A stretch of DNA of 63,462 bases, counting the filler, from Reticulomyxa filosa (lineage: Eukaryota > Protista > Foraminifera), in the NCBI GenBank assembly GCA_000512085.1. It is 18 parts of 18 records of this genome, joined end to end, with 100 filler letters (N's around TTAATTAATTAA, not from the genome) between each part and the next. Parts side by side here need not be neighbours in the genome. Positions count along the whole stretch, not along the records: positions 38,672 to 43,205 come from ASPP01002952.1; positions 43,306 to 48,642 come from ASPP01000466.1; positions 48,743 to 50,904 come from ASPP01023626.1; positions 51,005 to 53,996 come from ASPP01000267.1; 14 more parts are not named here. One strand, given 5' to 3'. Positions 40,223 through 54,096 of the stretch are shown piece after piece. How positions within the stretch are numbered: position 1 is the first letter of the stretch; each line of letters starts with the position of its first letter. The position numbers and the translations under genes are program-made. The notes under the pieces are model-generated. The model made no database searches and was not told where the DNA came from. It worked only from the letters and a program-made list of their open reading frames with translations.

Positions 40223-40962
40223 TTAACCAAAAAAAAAGGAAACAACGTTCACAAACACACCTTCCAACGACGTCCAAAATCTTTCAATAGTGACTCTCTG
40301 CTCTTTGAACTGCATTTTGGCGGCCAGTCGATAAGCGCCACGAGGCAAGCAATCTTTTGCCAAGCCAATGGATTTGCCGTCGATAGAATACGACAACGTA
40401 CGACTAGTCAAGTCTAAGTGCAATGTTAAGACTGAACCTCGTTTCCAAGGAGTTGCCGAGTATGTTTTTCTTTCTTTGTTTTGAATAAATTCGCCTGTTT
40501 TGTTGGTGAACCCGTAGCCATTTTCAAAGTTCACAAATTGTTCATTTTCCAATGGCAACTCTGCTAAGTCTATTTTTTTTTTTATTTAAAAAAAAAAAGT
40601 CTATGTCAAATATTTTTAAAAAAGGGGGTTTTGCGAAAGTTGAAAGGAAAGAGGAGGAGGGGGGGGGAAAAAAAAAAGGGGGTGGAAATTAAAATAAATT
40701 TTTAAAAAAGTATGTTTGAGTGTATACGTAAACTGTTTTGTCACGTAGATTGTGTCTCCACAATCCAACAGTTACTCCACCGTATCCTTCAAAGTCTAAC
40801 TTGATATCCCATTCCGCACGACCTGCTGCAACAACAGCTTCCCCGTAAATATTGCATGTTTTTTTTTGTGCTGCTGTTGCTGTTTGCTCTTCACGCGTTA
40901 TGTCTACACAACTATGAATCCATCGATCCAAACGAGTTACGCCTTCTTTGGCGGCTGACTAT
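40223..40962 (-). CDS. SPRY-like domain protein (two exons seen)
   Basis: NIYGEAVVAAGRAEWDIKL..GVTVGL | GYGFTNKTG..WKRGSVLTLHLDLTSRTLSYSIDGKSIGLA..YRLAAKM. Confidence 0.7.
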
Positions 40963-41779
40963 TTTCTTTTTTTTTTTTGTGTTATTTTATTTGTTTTAAG
41001 ACGAATCAATTTTAATATGATAGTAAATCACCGTTTTCGACCTAAGTTGTTCTCACACAACGCTTCCAAACAAAAGTGAAGAAAGCACACCAAGACAAAA
41101 AAATCAAACAAAAATGGTCTTTTTTTTTTACAAACTTTCAGATGGAGAGAAGTAAACACTGTTGATTTTCACAATAAAGGGGGCCACAAATAGGTTTAAA
41201 TTTTTTCTCTGTGAACACAAAAAACTGAGTTTTCATGGGAAAACTTTTTTGGGACAGCAGACGTAGTCCAGCAATGCTGTTCTAGGTTTAATAACGGTTA
41301 AACCAAATTTTAAAAATTTTTACATTTGATTCTCCTTGGTTATATAGTTTGCGATTCTTCAATGTGTGAAAGAGAGCTTGGGAACTGCTCATACAACCTC
41401 ATCTCGTGTGAAGGATATTATTTCTTTTGTTGGCATGACAATAAAAGATTGCAACTTACTTGATAAAAAAAAGTCAAAAAATTGAGCGTAACTCAAAAAA
41501 GTGTAAAAATCTACTTTATTAGTAGCGCTACACTTAACGCACGTATTGTAGTGTAATAAAAACACGACAAACAAGCGGAAGAAAAAAACAAATAAAAAAA
41601 GCTGAAAAAAAAAAGGGTAAATTTGCTTACAAGCGTGTCGCACACACACAAATGCACGCAACATTTTTTTTTTTTTTTGCTCTTCAGATAAACAGCAGAG
41701 CAAAGAAATAAAAAAATTTCAGCTTCAATGTTAAATTTAAAAATTAACTTTTTTTGTTTGTTTTTTTTTTCTTCGGACC

Positions 41780-42537
41780 TCATTTCAATGCTTGTTTGTA
41801 TAGCTTGTTCAAGATTGATAATAGTTGTGTTTGATGATGCCTGTGGTAAGAAGTGGACACGGATTCAATTTCCTTAAGGCCGCACGTTTGCCTTGACATC
41901 TCGTGGTTGCACATGTCCATAAAGCGTACATAGCCTCGTATAGAATGAGCATTTATCATTGATTCAATGCTAGAAGAGGAAAAAAAAAGGGGGGGGGGGG
42001 TAAAAAAAAAAATTAAAAAAAGTTTCGAATATTGTTGCAGAATTATCGCAAAAAAAAAAAAAAAACGTATAAATACCTGTTGTTTTGCACACAACACTTG
42101 CGAAAATCTTTTACGGTCAATAATCGCGATGGCAAATTGGACAACAATAACTTCAAACACTCGACCTTTTCAAAACGAACTAGGTCGAAAAAGGTGGTAT
42201 GATGTAACCAGTCGGAATGGCGCAGGAAAAATTTTGTGAACAAGAAAATGATATAATCTTGGCTGCTATTGAATAACTGTTTCAGTACATGCAGCAACAA
42301 CTCTTCACCCTCAGTAGAGCAGGCCATTTGAAAAGGGCTTTTACCCTCACTTTGCAAATCATTCCCCAAAAATGCATCCAATGCATTTGTTGGCGAAAAC
42401 ATCCCTTCCAAGTATTTGTACATTTCAAGTCTTTGGTAAAAGCCGATCATGTGCCAATACGTACCATCAAACCCAAAACATTTTTTTCCCATCACTGTCT
42501 GCCACTCACCGTTCCATTGTATCATTTCCTCAAATCC

Positions 42538-42570
<33 letters not shown>

Positions 42571-43193
42571 TTATTTCTCGAAACAAAATACATCACACAA
42601 CAAAAGTTGGACAAACCATTTTGGTCATTACTGATGATAATTTCTTCCAATTGGCGAAAATCCGATCTCATCACTTGCACATTCACCACTGGCATAGAAT
42701 GCTCCTCCAGACTGGGGATAACACTTTGGTCGATGTTGCAGGTCGTGTCACTCCAAAAGTGTGAGTAGTTGGAATTTACGAAATTGGCATAATTGATGGG
42801 GTCAATGCAATAAGACATGCCATTGTTAATACTGAGATTGGTAACATCCAGAAAGTCTTTGATCATGTCTTCGTCGCTTGACATTTCGGTGATGAGAGGC
42901 AAGTGATTGGCCAAGAGTAGTTCATCACTTGCATGATAAGGACCACGGTGGTTGCCACCACTGGTAATCTTTGCTTCTACACGGTCAGGTGTAGTACTAC
43001 GTACACTACCACTTGCGTCGGTTCGAAAGTAACTCTCAGATGTATCACTCAACTCATCCATTAAAGCCAAGTTATTGTTATTATTATTATTATTATTATT
43101 AAAGCAATTGTAGTTGGCAAACATCGGCGACGTATGATACGGCATCTTCTTGTTGTCATAAATGCTTTTCTCTTCCATTGGACTACACTCCAT
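41780..43193 (-). CDS. Multi-exon hypothetical protein with poly-Asn tract and possible degenerate ankyrin repeats
   Basis: Consecutive coding exons separated by homopolymer-rich introns; GTYWHMIGFYQRLEMYKYL and GKSPFQMACSTEGEELLLHVL are ankyrin-like. Confidence 0.5.
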
Positions 43194-43305
43194 TCCAGTC
43201 TTGAANNNNNNNNNNNNNNNNNNNNNNNNNNNNNNNNNNNNNNNNNNNNTTAATTAATTAANNNNNNNNNNNNNNNNNNNNNNNNNNNNNNNNNNNNNNN
43301 NNNNN

Positions 43306-43346
43306 GATATGTTTTAGGCGTTCAGTTTTCTTTGCAACATACTGTA
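43306..43346 (-). mobile_element. Tc1/mariner-like terminal inverted repeat at contig start
   Basis: Reverse complement TACAGTATGTTGCAAAGAAAACTGAACGCCTAAAACA; same family as 1-43. Confidence 0.65.
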
Positions 43347-43913
43347 ATACGAAAAGGCTTGATGAAATCTCCAACTGAATAATGCTTCAAATCTTGGCAG
43401 ATGTCGAAGTACTATTCTTGCTTTGCTTCGTTCTCTTTCAAAAATCAACTTTCAAGTCAAGTTGTAAATGATTATGAAGTGAGCTAATTTTTTTTTATTA
43501 ACATTAAATTTGTATTCAATATTTGAAGCTGTTATTGAATGACAAACAAGTTTTGAAACTATTTTTCAAGTGCAGAATGTATGTAGATGTAGTTAGCATC
43601 GTTAAAAATCAACATGCAGTAATGGAAATATTTTAACATAAAATCGATTAAAATGGTGAATAGAATATCTAAATGAGATTAATGATAAAACTTTCTCCGG
43701 GAAATTGCAATTTAGGTTATCATTTGTTTGAGATAAGAAGAAATAGTTGATATAATTGTAGTCAAAAACGGTAGTATTTTATTTATTCATTTGAAATAAG
43801 AAATCATTCCAAAGCCGACAAAAGGCTATCTCAAGATTTTTCTTTTTGTAAAAGGAAAAAAATAATAACAAACAAAAATCAGTCTTCACTGCAATTTGTG
43901 AAGATGGTAGGAT

Positions 43914-44790
<877 letters not shown>

Positions 44791-45023
44791 TTATTGAGAC
44801 GCCTTTTTTTTAAAATTAGACTTTCTGTTGTGTCCCAAAAACAAAATTGGTTTTCTTGACTGATGATTTTTCAATACATTTTAATCTTAGAGCCTAGATT
44901 AAAGAAAAAAATTTCTGAAAAAATTCAGCTGAAGCCCAATTTTTTGTAATTGATTTTACACAAAGCGAGAGTTCTTACTTACCCCGCATCCCTCCTTTGT
45001 TGCAACAGATCATATCCAGCAAA

Positions 45024-46046
45024 ATGGTCCTTTCATATGGCGAGCACCCTTATATCCCCAAATTTGCGTGTGAATTTATTGGAACCGCATTGCTGGTATT
45101 AGTTATCCAAGTCGCAAGTTCACAAGCAGTTGAAGGATTTCCCCCTGTGGCGATAGGTGTGTCGCCATACAGACGAACTATGTATATATACGTATTAATT
45201 AAGCCAAAACGAACGAAAAAAAAAGGGGTGTGTGGTATGATGATCCACCCGAAGGTTTTCTCATAGCGGATATGGCATACTCTCTCGGTCACATAAGCGG
45301 TGCTCATTTCAACCCAGCGGTGACACTAGGAATACTGGTGCGCAACACACCGCAGTTTCCAAGACACGACATATTTAACATTTTCGGTTATTTGATGTCT
45401 CAATTCATAGGGGGGATATGTGGCGGTTATCTGTCATGGTCGGTAGGAGGAAACAAAGCTGTGTACCAATGGCCACACGTGCAAAAGGACCCTAGCGGAT
45501 CGTGGGAAAGTTCCAAACTCCTCCATGTGTTCATGGCCGAATTTGTCTTTACATTTTTGCTTGTTACTATGGTGTTGAACGTTGGTACTGATCAAAGAAT
45601 TGCCAAAAATCAATTTTATGGATTTGCTGTAGGTTGCTTCAAAAAGAAAATTTTTTAGGCACTTTTTTTAAAAAAAAAAAGAAATGATATATATATATAT
45701 AACCTACTTTTTTTTTTTTTAAACGAAAAAAATGATAGGTACAACAATAATGTTGAGCGGGTTTTCAATTGGTGCCATTAGCGGAGCCTGCTTAAATCCC
45801 GCGGTTTGGGTTGGTACTGTTGTCAGTGCCATCGCCGATCCCAAAAAAAAGGAACCATTTTATATCAATCACTGTTATCTCTTTTGGCTTGGTGAATTAG
45901 GAGGCAGCGTCTGTGCTGGCCTCTTTTATAATATGTTTATCAAAAATGTGCAGTCTGATGGTGAGATGGAAATAGACAGAGAGGAAAACCAGTCTTTCTT
46001 GAAAAGTACTCCGTATGTCGATACTAGTGGCATTGGAGAGTCGTAA
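45024..46046 (+). CDS. Aquaporin / MIP channel, 3 exons
   Basis: CEFIGT; GHISGAHFNPAVT; AEFVFTFLL; ISGACLNPAVW: both NPA boxes present. Confidence 0.93.
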
Positions 46047-47079
46047 ACACTTGACATCTAGCAAACAGTACAACAAGCTACGAGAGAGAAGAAAGGCAAG
46101 AGAGAGACGAAACAATGAACAATCAAATAAAACAAAACAACATACAATTGTATTATTCGAGCTGTTCAAAAAAAAGGGATTATGTAAGTAATAAATAACT
46201 TTATCCAGCACTGCATGTATCGTAATAATTAATATTCCTAAGCTTTCTTTATTTTGCTCTTTTTTTTTATTTCTTTTGATACGGTCCAACACCGTTTAGC
46301 ACATCAAAAACTCAAATTCATTTATATTGTTTAACTTTCGTAAACCGCATATGTGCCCACGTGGTGAGTTGCTTTGTTAATGAACATTTTAAGTAATTTT
46401 TAATTATTGACATTTGGATTTTAGGACAATGTGTGTATTAGATGTAATATTGCTATTTTATTAATGCAATATTTTGTTTTTTTTGCATAAATTCATCATG
46501 GCCTTAGTCAATTCGACCAAGAAAGTTTAAATATGCACGAGTCCAGTACCAAAGTAGAAATTTGACGTGCCAACATTAAATGCTTAATTTTGTGTGAAAC
46601 ATTTTACTTGATTATTTTTTCTATTGATTCTTAAGCAAAACATTTCTGTATCACTTTAATATTTTTTTATCTTTATTTAAGTTTCATTATTTCTTTGTAT
46701 TCGAACAAATATCAGCTTTGGACGCTAGATAAAATCATAACAATTAACAGTATTATGATGTAGTATTTCAATCTATAACGTATTACAAAGTTTTACTTAG
46801 ATAATACATTTTTTACAGTAATGATAATTCTGTGAAAAATAAATATTTCTTTTTTTTATGTCGAACAAAGAACAAAACTTGTCAAAAAAGTGTCTGCCGA
46901 ACAAGAATATATTAATTTTTATTTTGAAAGTAAGCAAAAAACAATTTGACAAAAGTTATATTTGCCACTAGTTAATAACCTTTCAGTTTACTTTGTTATT
47001 CAAATGAAAAAAGAACATGTGAATTTTGCATGCAACAAGAAGCCAAAATGCATGTGTGTGTGCAAAGTTACACTTTTGT

Positions 47080-48642
47080 TTATTTTTGTTGAGGGTCACT
47101 TTTGGAGGTGGTGTCGGCACTGGATTTGAGATTCGAGGGTTTCAAAATGGACAGCCCGAGCATTCCATAGGCAGTTTGTGGAGCAAGTCGGGTTTTAAAC
47201 TCTTGTTCATTTTCGGTTGTGTTTGTTGTACCGCTTTGAGCGTCTGCAGACAACCCATATTTTTGTTTAGCTTCCAAAACTAAGCTTCGAGCAACAAGTA
47301 GCCCCACATGTCCAGGATATTTTTGTAGGCCTTCATCGCACAATGTTTGCGCCTGCATTATCAGGTCTTTGTCACAAGTGGTGTCTGTGATATGTGCTTT
47401 TTTCACCAGCACACGTGTGTACTGAGATATCACCACCGGATTATCTCTCGACAATTCGTATGCGTGATATATATGTTCATGGGCTTTGTCGATTTGATCC
47501 TAACCAAACAAAAACCAAATAAACTAGATAATATGATATATGCATACATATGCATATATAATAAATTGTGTTGTGACTCGTACGAAACTCTTGCGATGAG
47601 AACTTGACCTAAATTGACTCTGGCATAAACATTATTGGGCTCAATATCGACAGCCTTTTGCAAGAATTCCAAGCCGGCATCTGGTTGTTGAAGCTGGATG
47701 AATACAAATCCTTTCAGGTAGTGAGCAGCAGCATTGGCTTTGTCAATCTCAATGGCTTTGGACAAAGTTTCCAAGGCTTTGTCGTAACGTTTATTGGCAA
47801 AAGCAAAGCTGCCGTACTCGACCAGCGCTGTCACATTGTTCGGATCTTTCTTCAACAATTCGACGAATGTTTTTTCGACTCTGTCTTTGTCTTCACTCTG
47901 AGTTTGTGTTTTTTTTTTTAAATGAAACAAAGAAAATCAAATAATCTAATATATTATATATATATATATAATATATTAGATTATTTGGTTTGAGCAGTAC
48001 AAACAGTTGCAACGATAGATCGAAGACCAGTGGTATTCTTTGGGTCGTATTTGAGCAAGGACCAGCAATACTTTTCAGCGAGCTGAGCATCGCCAATGAG
48101 AATGAGTAACTCCACCAATTCTTCCAAAATCTGCACATTAGTGACTTCCAATTTCAGACCTGCCAATAGCAACTCTTTGGCAATTTCCATTCCTTTGCTG
48201 CCAGAGTGGATTCTCCTTTGCAATCGAGACAGTTGCACACGTGTGTCGGCGTTGCGTTCATTCAAGTCGAGGGCTTTTCTGCGCGTATGTATATAATATA
48301 ATATGTGCACATATATGTAATATATATATATATATATATACACATAAACGAGATCAACAAGAAAAAAAAATAAAAAAAAATAAAAATGAATATATTGCAA
48401 TGAGGAGAAGGACAGGAATTACAGAGAAATTGCTTGGATATAACTGTAACAAACTCAAGGCCTTTTCAAGTTGATTTTCGCTGACTCGTACGCCAGCGTA
48501 TCCTTTCAAAGCATCAATATTTGTGTCGTCATAAATTAAGGCCTGTTGAAAGTATTCCGAGGGAGTGTTAGCCTTTGGTCGAAGAATCGAAGAAGAAGAA
48601 GAAGAAGAAGCAAGAGAGGGCTCTTGTTCACTTGTTTTTTGT
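47080..48642 (-). CDS. TPR-repeat protein, multi-exon, 5' truncated
   Basis: DPNNVTALVEYG..YDKALETLSKAIEIDKANAAAHYLKG..LQKAVDIEPNNVYARVNLG; further TPRs in the neighbouring exons. Confidence 0.85.
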
Positions 48643-49202
48643 NNNNNNNNNNNNNNNNNNNNNNNNNNNNNNNNNNNNNNNNNNNNTTAATTAATTAANN
48701 NNNNNNNNNNNNNNNNNNNNNNNNNNNNNNNNNNNNNNNNNNGTTGTTGCAAACACAAGTAACTTAACAAAAGTGTTACAATCCAGCGTAACAGTTGTTA
48801 CTTGAATAGTTTTTTCTTGTAACGAAAACAAATCATTGGCGTGAAATTTTGTTAAAATTTGTGTAGAGATGTTAAAAGGCATTGCAAATCTATCAATAAA
48901 TGTCTTAGAAAATATATTTTATGTTATTAATTTTTTAATGTAATTATCAAATATGAATATTTGAACGCAAACAGCAAAGTAGTTGTGCCATGTTCTAATT
49001 AGCCTAAATTGTAGTCCAATATAAAATAAAACAAGCCAAAAAAAAAAAGTTGAGGTAATTGATCAAATTACTGGAAGAAAACTTGTGTACGTTATTGATC
49101 CGAATGATGGATAAGAATAAAGAGCGAATGTTATGAGGACAAAATTCAAACAACAGACAAAGGACAATGAATATCGTTTAAAAGAAGAAACGTGTTTGAT
49201 TT

Positions 49203-50850
49203 CTATTTGGGTGGTTGCAATTCAACCAACGTTTCAGTATTTTGCACAGGTCTTGCAACATCATTTGAAGCAGATTGTTTTGTTGAGTCCTTCGGAGCAT
49301 CTGCATTTTCTTCGTCATCGTCTATCGTAAATTTAGGCCTGTCATTGGAGTAGTTGTATATACATCACATATAGATATTTATATTTACATGTATATTTCT
49401 ATTTATACCAATGCAACTTTTTCTATTTCAAATAATTAAAAAGCAAATGAAAAAAAAAAGAGTGACATACTTTTTCGCAGAGTCCTTTTTTTGGTTCTGT
49501 TCCTCCTCATCCTCATCTTCATCGTCATCATTTAATGTATCTGGCTTTCCAAATTGAATGTCGTCTTCATCTTCATCCACTCCGTCTTCGTTATCTTCGT
49601 CATCATGTTCCTCTTGTCCGATTTGTGATGCATAAGCATATGTTTTGCTGTGTTGTGAAGGGGTCCATAAAATCATAATGGAAATAAAGATAACAGTGAA
49701 TAGGATTTGCCAAAAGCCAACTTCCATGAACCACAGACGATCCCATTCTGCAAAGTACAACTCTTTCAATACATAATACATTTCATAAACAGCAAAAGCA
49801 ATAGCCGCAATCAAAGCAGCAACTAACACTATCGAAAAGGATTTGTATAATTGTAGCTTTGCTGATTGTTTTCGAATCTTCAGCATTTCAATGGTGCGAT
49901 TCAACGAAACAAAGGTCCACCACCAAAATATCCCATTCAAAATCGCCACTGGTGGGATCAATATCACGCGCATCCACGTTTCCACCTTTTCCGTTTGGTT
50001 GTAATGAATCAGCGCATCAAACAAAAGTGCAAATACCCAATACAAACAACCAATTGCAAATAGCATATTTTTTGAAGAGCCTATTGTCGGTCTAGCAACA
50101 CAAAATAAAACAACATTACATACTATACATATATGTAAATATATACACATATGCATATATATAATATGTATATACACATGTGACATGATAAAGATATTGG
50201 GATCACTTCCCGTGTGTATTACTGTACTAACTTGACTACACCGTAGCCCATTGCGACAGCCACGACTAACATGCGTGCAACCGTCCTTCGTGTTACCGAG
50301 AGAAGCAGTCCAAAAAAAAAGGGCACTCGATGACGAGAGCCTGAATTATTGAAATTCAAATAATCAAAATACCACGTACCCATTTCAAATAGGCACAGCG
50401 TCAACACTCCAGTAATGCAACTCTATATATCAAACACAAGCAAACAAACAATAAATAAATAAATGTATGTATGATTTGATATTTGAGCATTTACAACAAG
50501 AAAAGAGAAACATGTTTTCCTTTTCTCTTCAATGACCACAAAACTTGGACATAGAGCAATTCTTCCCAAAAAATAGCATTGAGACAAAACCAGAAAACAC
50601 CGACAATCAAATAAAGAACGGTCATCCAACCAAAAAATGGTAAATACCCATACACATCGCCGGGCAAATGTCCATAGGGGTTCATCCATACTGACTCGCC
50701 TTCAAATGTGACTCGACCCAAGCCATTTCGACAAGTCGCTATTGCAAATATGTGAATCGCCGTCACTTGAATTTCATCTGTCTATAGACATGGCATATAC
50801 AGCCGTGCCATTGTTTTTGTTAAAGATGTGGATATCCATGTGCCTTTTCA
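49203..50850 (-). CDS. TMEM87: TMEM87 / lung seven-transmembrane (GOST) family protein, 5' truncated
   Basis: WMNPYGHLPG..LPFFG..ELLYVQ|..RRTVARMLVVAVAMGYGVVK|PTIG..WWTFVSLNRT..KQSAKLQLYKSF..W..LWF..FWQILF..IMILWTPS..YAY; acidic tail; TAG at 49203. Confidence 0.85.
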
Positions 50851-50857
50851 CTTTGTG

Positions 50858-50893
<36 letters not shown>

Positions 50894-51004
50894 GTTTAAA
50901 AAAANNNNNNNNNNNNNNNNNNNNNNNNNNNNNNNNNNNNNNNNNNNNTTAATTAATTAANNNNNNNNNNNNNNNNNNNNNNNNNNNNNNNNNNNNNNNN
51001 NNNN

Positions 51005-51041
51005 CATTTTAGGTGTCAACTTTCTTTTTTATCTTACTGTA
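51005..51041 (-). mobile_element. Diverged Tc1/mariner-like terminal inverted repeat at contig start
   Basis: Reverse complement TACAGTAAGATAAAAAAGAAAGTTGACACCTAAAATG; shares TACAGTA and ACACCTAAAATG with 1-43. Confidence 0.55.
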
Positions 51042-52913
51042 TTTGAATAACTTTGGACCAATTAGCGATTTTGCTTGATTCAATTTGTAAGAATACAATA
51101 TCAATCAAATATTGAGCTGATAAAGATTCAATCTAACTTTTTAATGTATAACCTTTTCTACTTCAATAATTCCTGCTGTTGCATCATTAAATTGGATTAA
51201 CTTTAAAAAGGGTTCTAATGTTGAAGACCGCTACATTGATGTTGACTTCAACCAATAACTCAAAAATAACGCACTTAACGTCTAATTGAATACGATCAAT
51301 AATAACACTAAACGTAAAATTAGAGTATTTACTAATCTTCATTAATCATATAATACTAACTTCACCCAAAAAAAACTTCGTCAATAACCAAATGTCGTCT
51401 TCATTTGAGATATCTAAAAAAGCACAAGTACAATCAATAAAAAATGTCATCCAGCAAACCAAAAAACTCTTAAAATTATTCGACTAATTTTGCAATTACT
51501 TAGAAAACAATCAAATTTAACTTTGTCACAAAGCAACGTTATTTCACTTGAATTTCACCAATCGATGAGAAAAGTTTATAACGTACTGACTTCGTTTATA
51601 AGATTCAAAATTTTTAAAAATTTTTAATGTTTGAATAGTAGTCATTTTTAGTATGTTTTGACATGCAGTTTTCATTATCTTTACAATGTGAAAAGTATAT
51701 TTAACACATATTTTTCTTTTTCGCATTTTTAATTTTTTTAATTAAGTTATTGTTTTTGAACAATGTAATATCGTTGTACTTTCAATTTTATCATTTTTTT
51801 CATGAACTGTTTCTTTTGCTGCATATCAAGACAAAAATTAATATATGTTGAATGCGAACAAAAAAATACATTATCAATTTTTCATTACTTCAAATATATA
51901 TTTGTAAGTATGCATAGATATCGTTTTCGATATTATATGATATCTAACTAACAAATCAATGATGATTATTGCCATATTGATATATCATTGTCTTCCTTAT
52001 TTTTAAACATTTTAATCTTCATTTGCGCAATAGTAAATGCTGAAAATCTTGAATGCCTTTGTTTTATGTTGTTCGGTTAACAATTAAAATTTTGTAAAAT
52101 TTTCCAATATCATATCATAATGATTCCATATTTGACAAAGTATCTAATGTAAATTTGCATATCGAGATAATCAACAATTTGCAATACATTAGACTTGCAT
52201 TTGCTGGATCAATACTCTTGTGTTGTACAATTGAACAGAAGCTTCTTTGATTAATGTTCATCCTAGTTCAACTTATCTTTCAATTTTTTCAAACTTTCGA
52301 ATTGGTAAAATTTTCAATTTCATAAGTTTATAGTTTAAAAAAGACGTTCCTTTGTATTGGTCGGAGAAACTGTAGTAATCCATACTAATGTCATTGCAAA
52401 CAGAGATAATGACTCTGAATCACAAAGGCCCAAAGCCACGCTTAGTCTTCAATTGATTTTTTCAATATATTTTGCAGATTTTAGGTCTTCGTACTGGATT
52501 TTTGGTGGCTGAAATCACATTTGACCCGCTTGCATTGTTTTCTTCGAATACGAGATCTAAATTTTTTCTTCAATTTGGAGCGTACCCCTCCCTGACGTGC
52601 CAAAAGTTGTTAACAAGAAAATTCTCTAATTGCAAAGTTCTTACAGTGTCGTCACAGAAAATACTGTTGGTAAATGCAGATGAGGTTACAATAATTTTTT
52701 AAAAAATGCAAATTCATCTTAGGTAAACAAGTAAATAAAAAATTATAGGATTTGCAAGACAAACGTAAATTCCTGGTTGACACTTTATTTTTATCAACGT
52801 TGCAATTTAAATTGGTTCAATTTTCAGAAAGTTATGATTAACAAACCCGTCTCTTTTTTTTTTTAATTCACCATCTTTGCAAAGCATTTTTACCCTAACA
52901 ACAACAAAAACAC

Positions 52914-53915
52914 CTATTTAGGTGCGAGATCTTTCCATTTTGGACGAACAACTTGTGTTTTATCTCCAGTCCAAGTGCAGCCCTTGTATTCGCCATCCTC
53001 AAAGTGTCCTGTTTGCCATACGAACACAACATGATTAAGTCGCAGAAAGAAGATAAAAGACAACAAAAGCAGTCAAACCTGGACAATAAAATCTTCCTTC
53101 GCCACCATGCCCGTATGATTTAGAATTAACATAGAGAACTCTCAATCGCCCTGATCCGCACAGAGTGCACAATGGCAAACATCCATACATTTGACAATCG
53201 ACAATTCGTTTAATCAGTTCATTTTTGGTGCCACTGACTTTTTGATCGTTGTGCTTTAACATTTCTTTGAGTTCTTCAATAGTTAATGAGTCCAATTTTT
53301 CACAGCGTTCCTTGAATTCTGACTTTTCTTTTTTGTATTCACCACTAGGCTCTGGTTTTTTGGAGAGATCTTTTTCACGGTGAATAATAGCAATCATCAA
53401 ACCCGTAAATGATTGAATTTCGTCTAATGTTAAATACACCCCACCAGTGTCTTTGGCAATAGTTTTGTAAAACTCTTTGCTGTCATCACCAGAACGGCAA
53501 TGCACACTGTAGATTTTGATTCCACAGGCTTTGCAATCCTTAGTTTTTTCACGCCAATCTATATTGTGAGGATTATTCATCTACACAAGCACACAACAAA
53601 TTTGTTTTGGAATGCGTTTTTTTTTGTTTAATAAATTGTTATTGTTAATCATTTGTTTGTTTGTTTTGTTCCAAGATAAAAGTGCCTTACATTGACTTCA
53701 TGAGGATTGTCGTCACCAATGAGAACAAGACTACGATTAATGCAAGTGGGACTCCATGATATCTCTCGACAAGCATTGTGCATAACCAATTCATAGCATT
53801 CTGGTGAGTCGCCACCACCGGTTGAGGTGACATTGTTCACAAACCACATCAATTGTTCATGATTGGAAGTCAAATCCACCCATCTCATTGTGTAATATTG
53901 ATCCTTGTCACTTTT
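52914..53915 (-). CDS. vWA-domain protein fused to a C-terminal PADR1 (PARP1 Zn3-type) domain, 5' truncated
   Basis: vWA: DLTSN..FVNNVTSTGGGDSPECYE..ISW..LVLIGDDNPHE..IDWRE..FYKTIAKDTGGVYL. PADR1: LKEMLKHNDQKVSGTKNELIKRIVDCQMYGCLPLCTLCGSGRL..FYCPG|HFEDGEYKGCTW..VRPKWKDLAPK* (last exon 53008-52914 after intron 53078-53009). Confidence 0.8.
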
Positions 53916-54096
53916 TATTTATCGGTGTTGTCGTTTATTCATTCAAAGCACAATACAAGAACGTTCCGGTTTTTTTTAGGTCAAAAAAAAAAAAAANNNN
54001 NNNNNNNNNNNNNNNNNNNNNNNNNNNNNNNNNNNNNNNNTTAATTAATTAANNNNNNNNNNNNNNNNNNNNNNNNNNNNNNNNNNNNNNNNNNNN

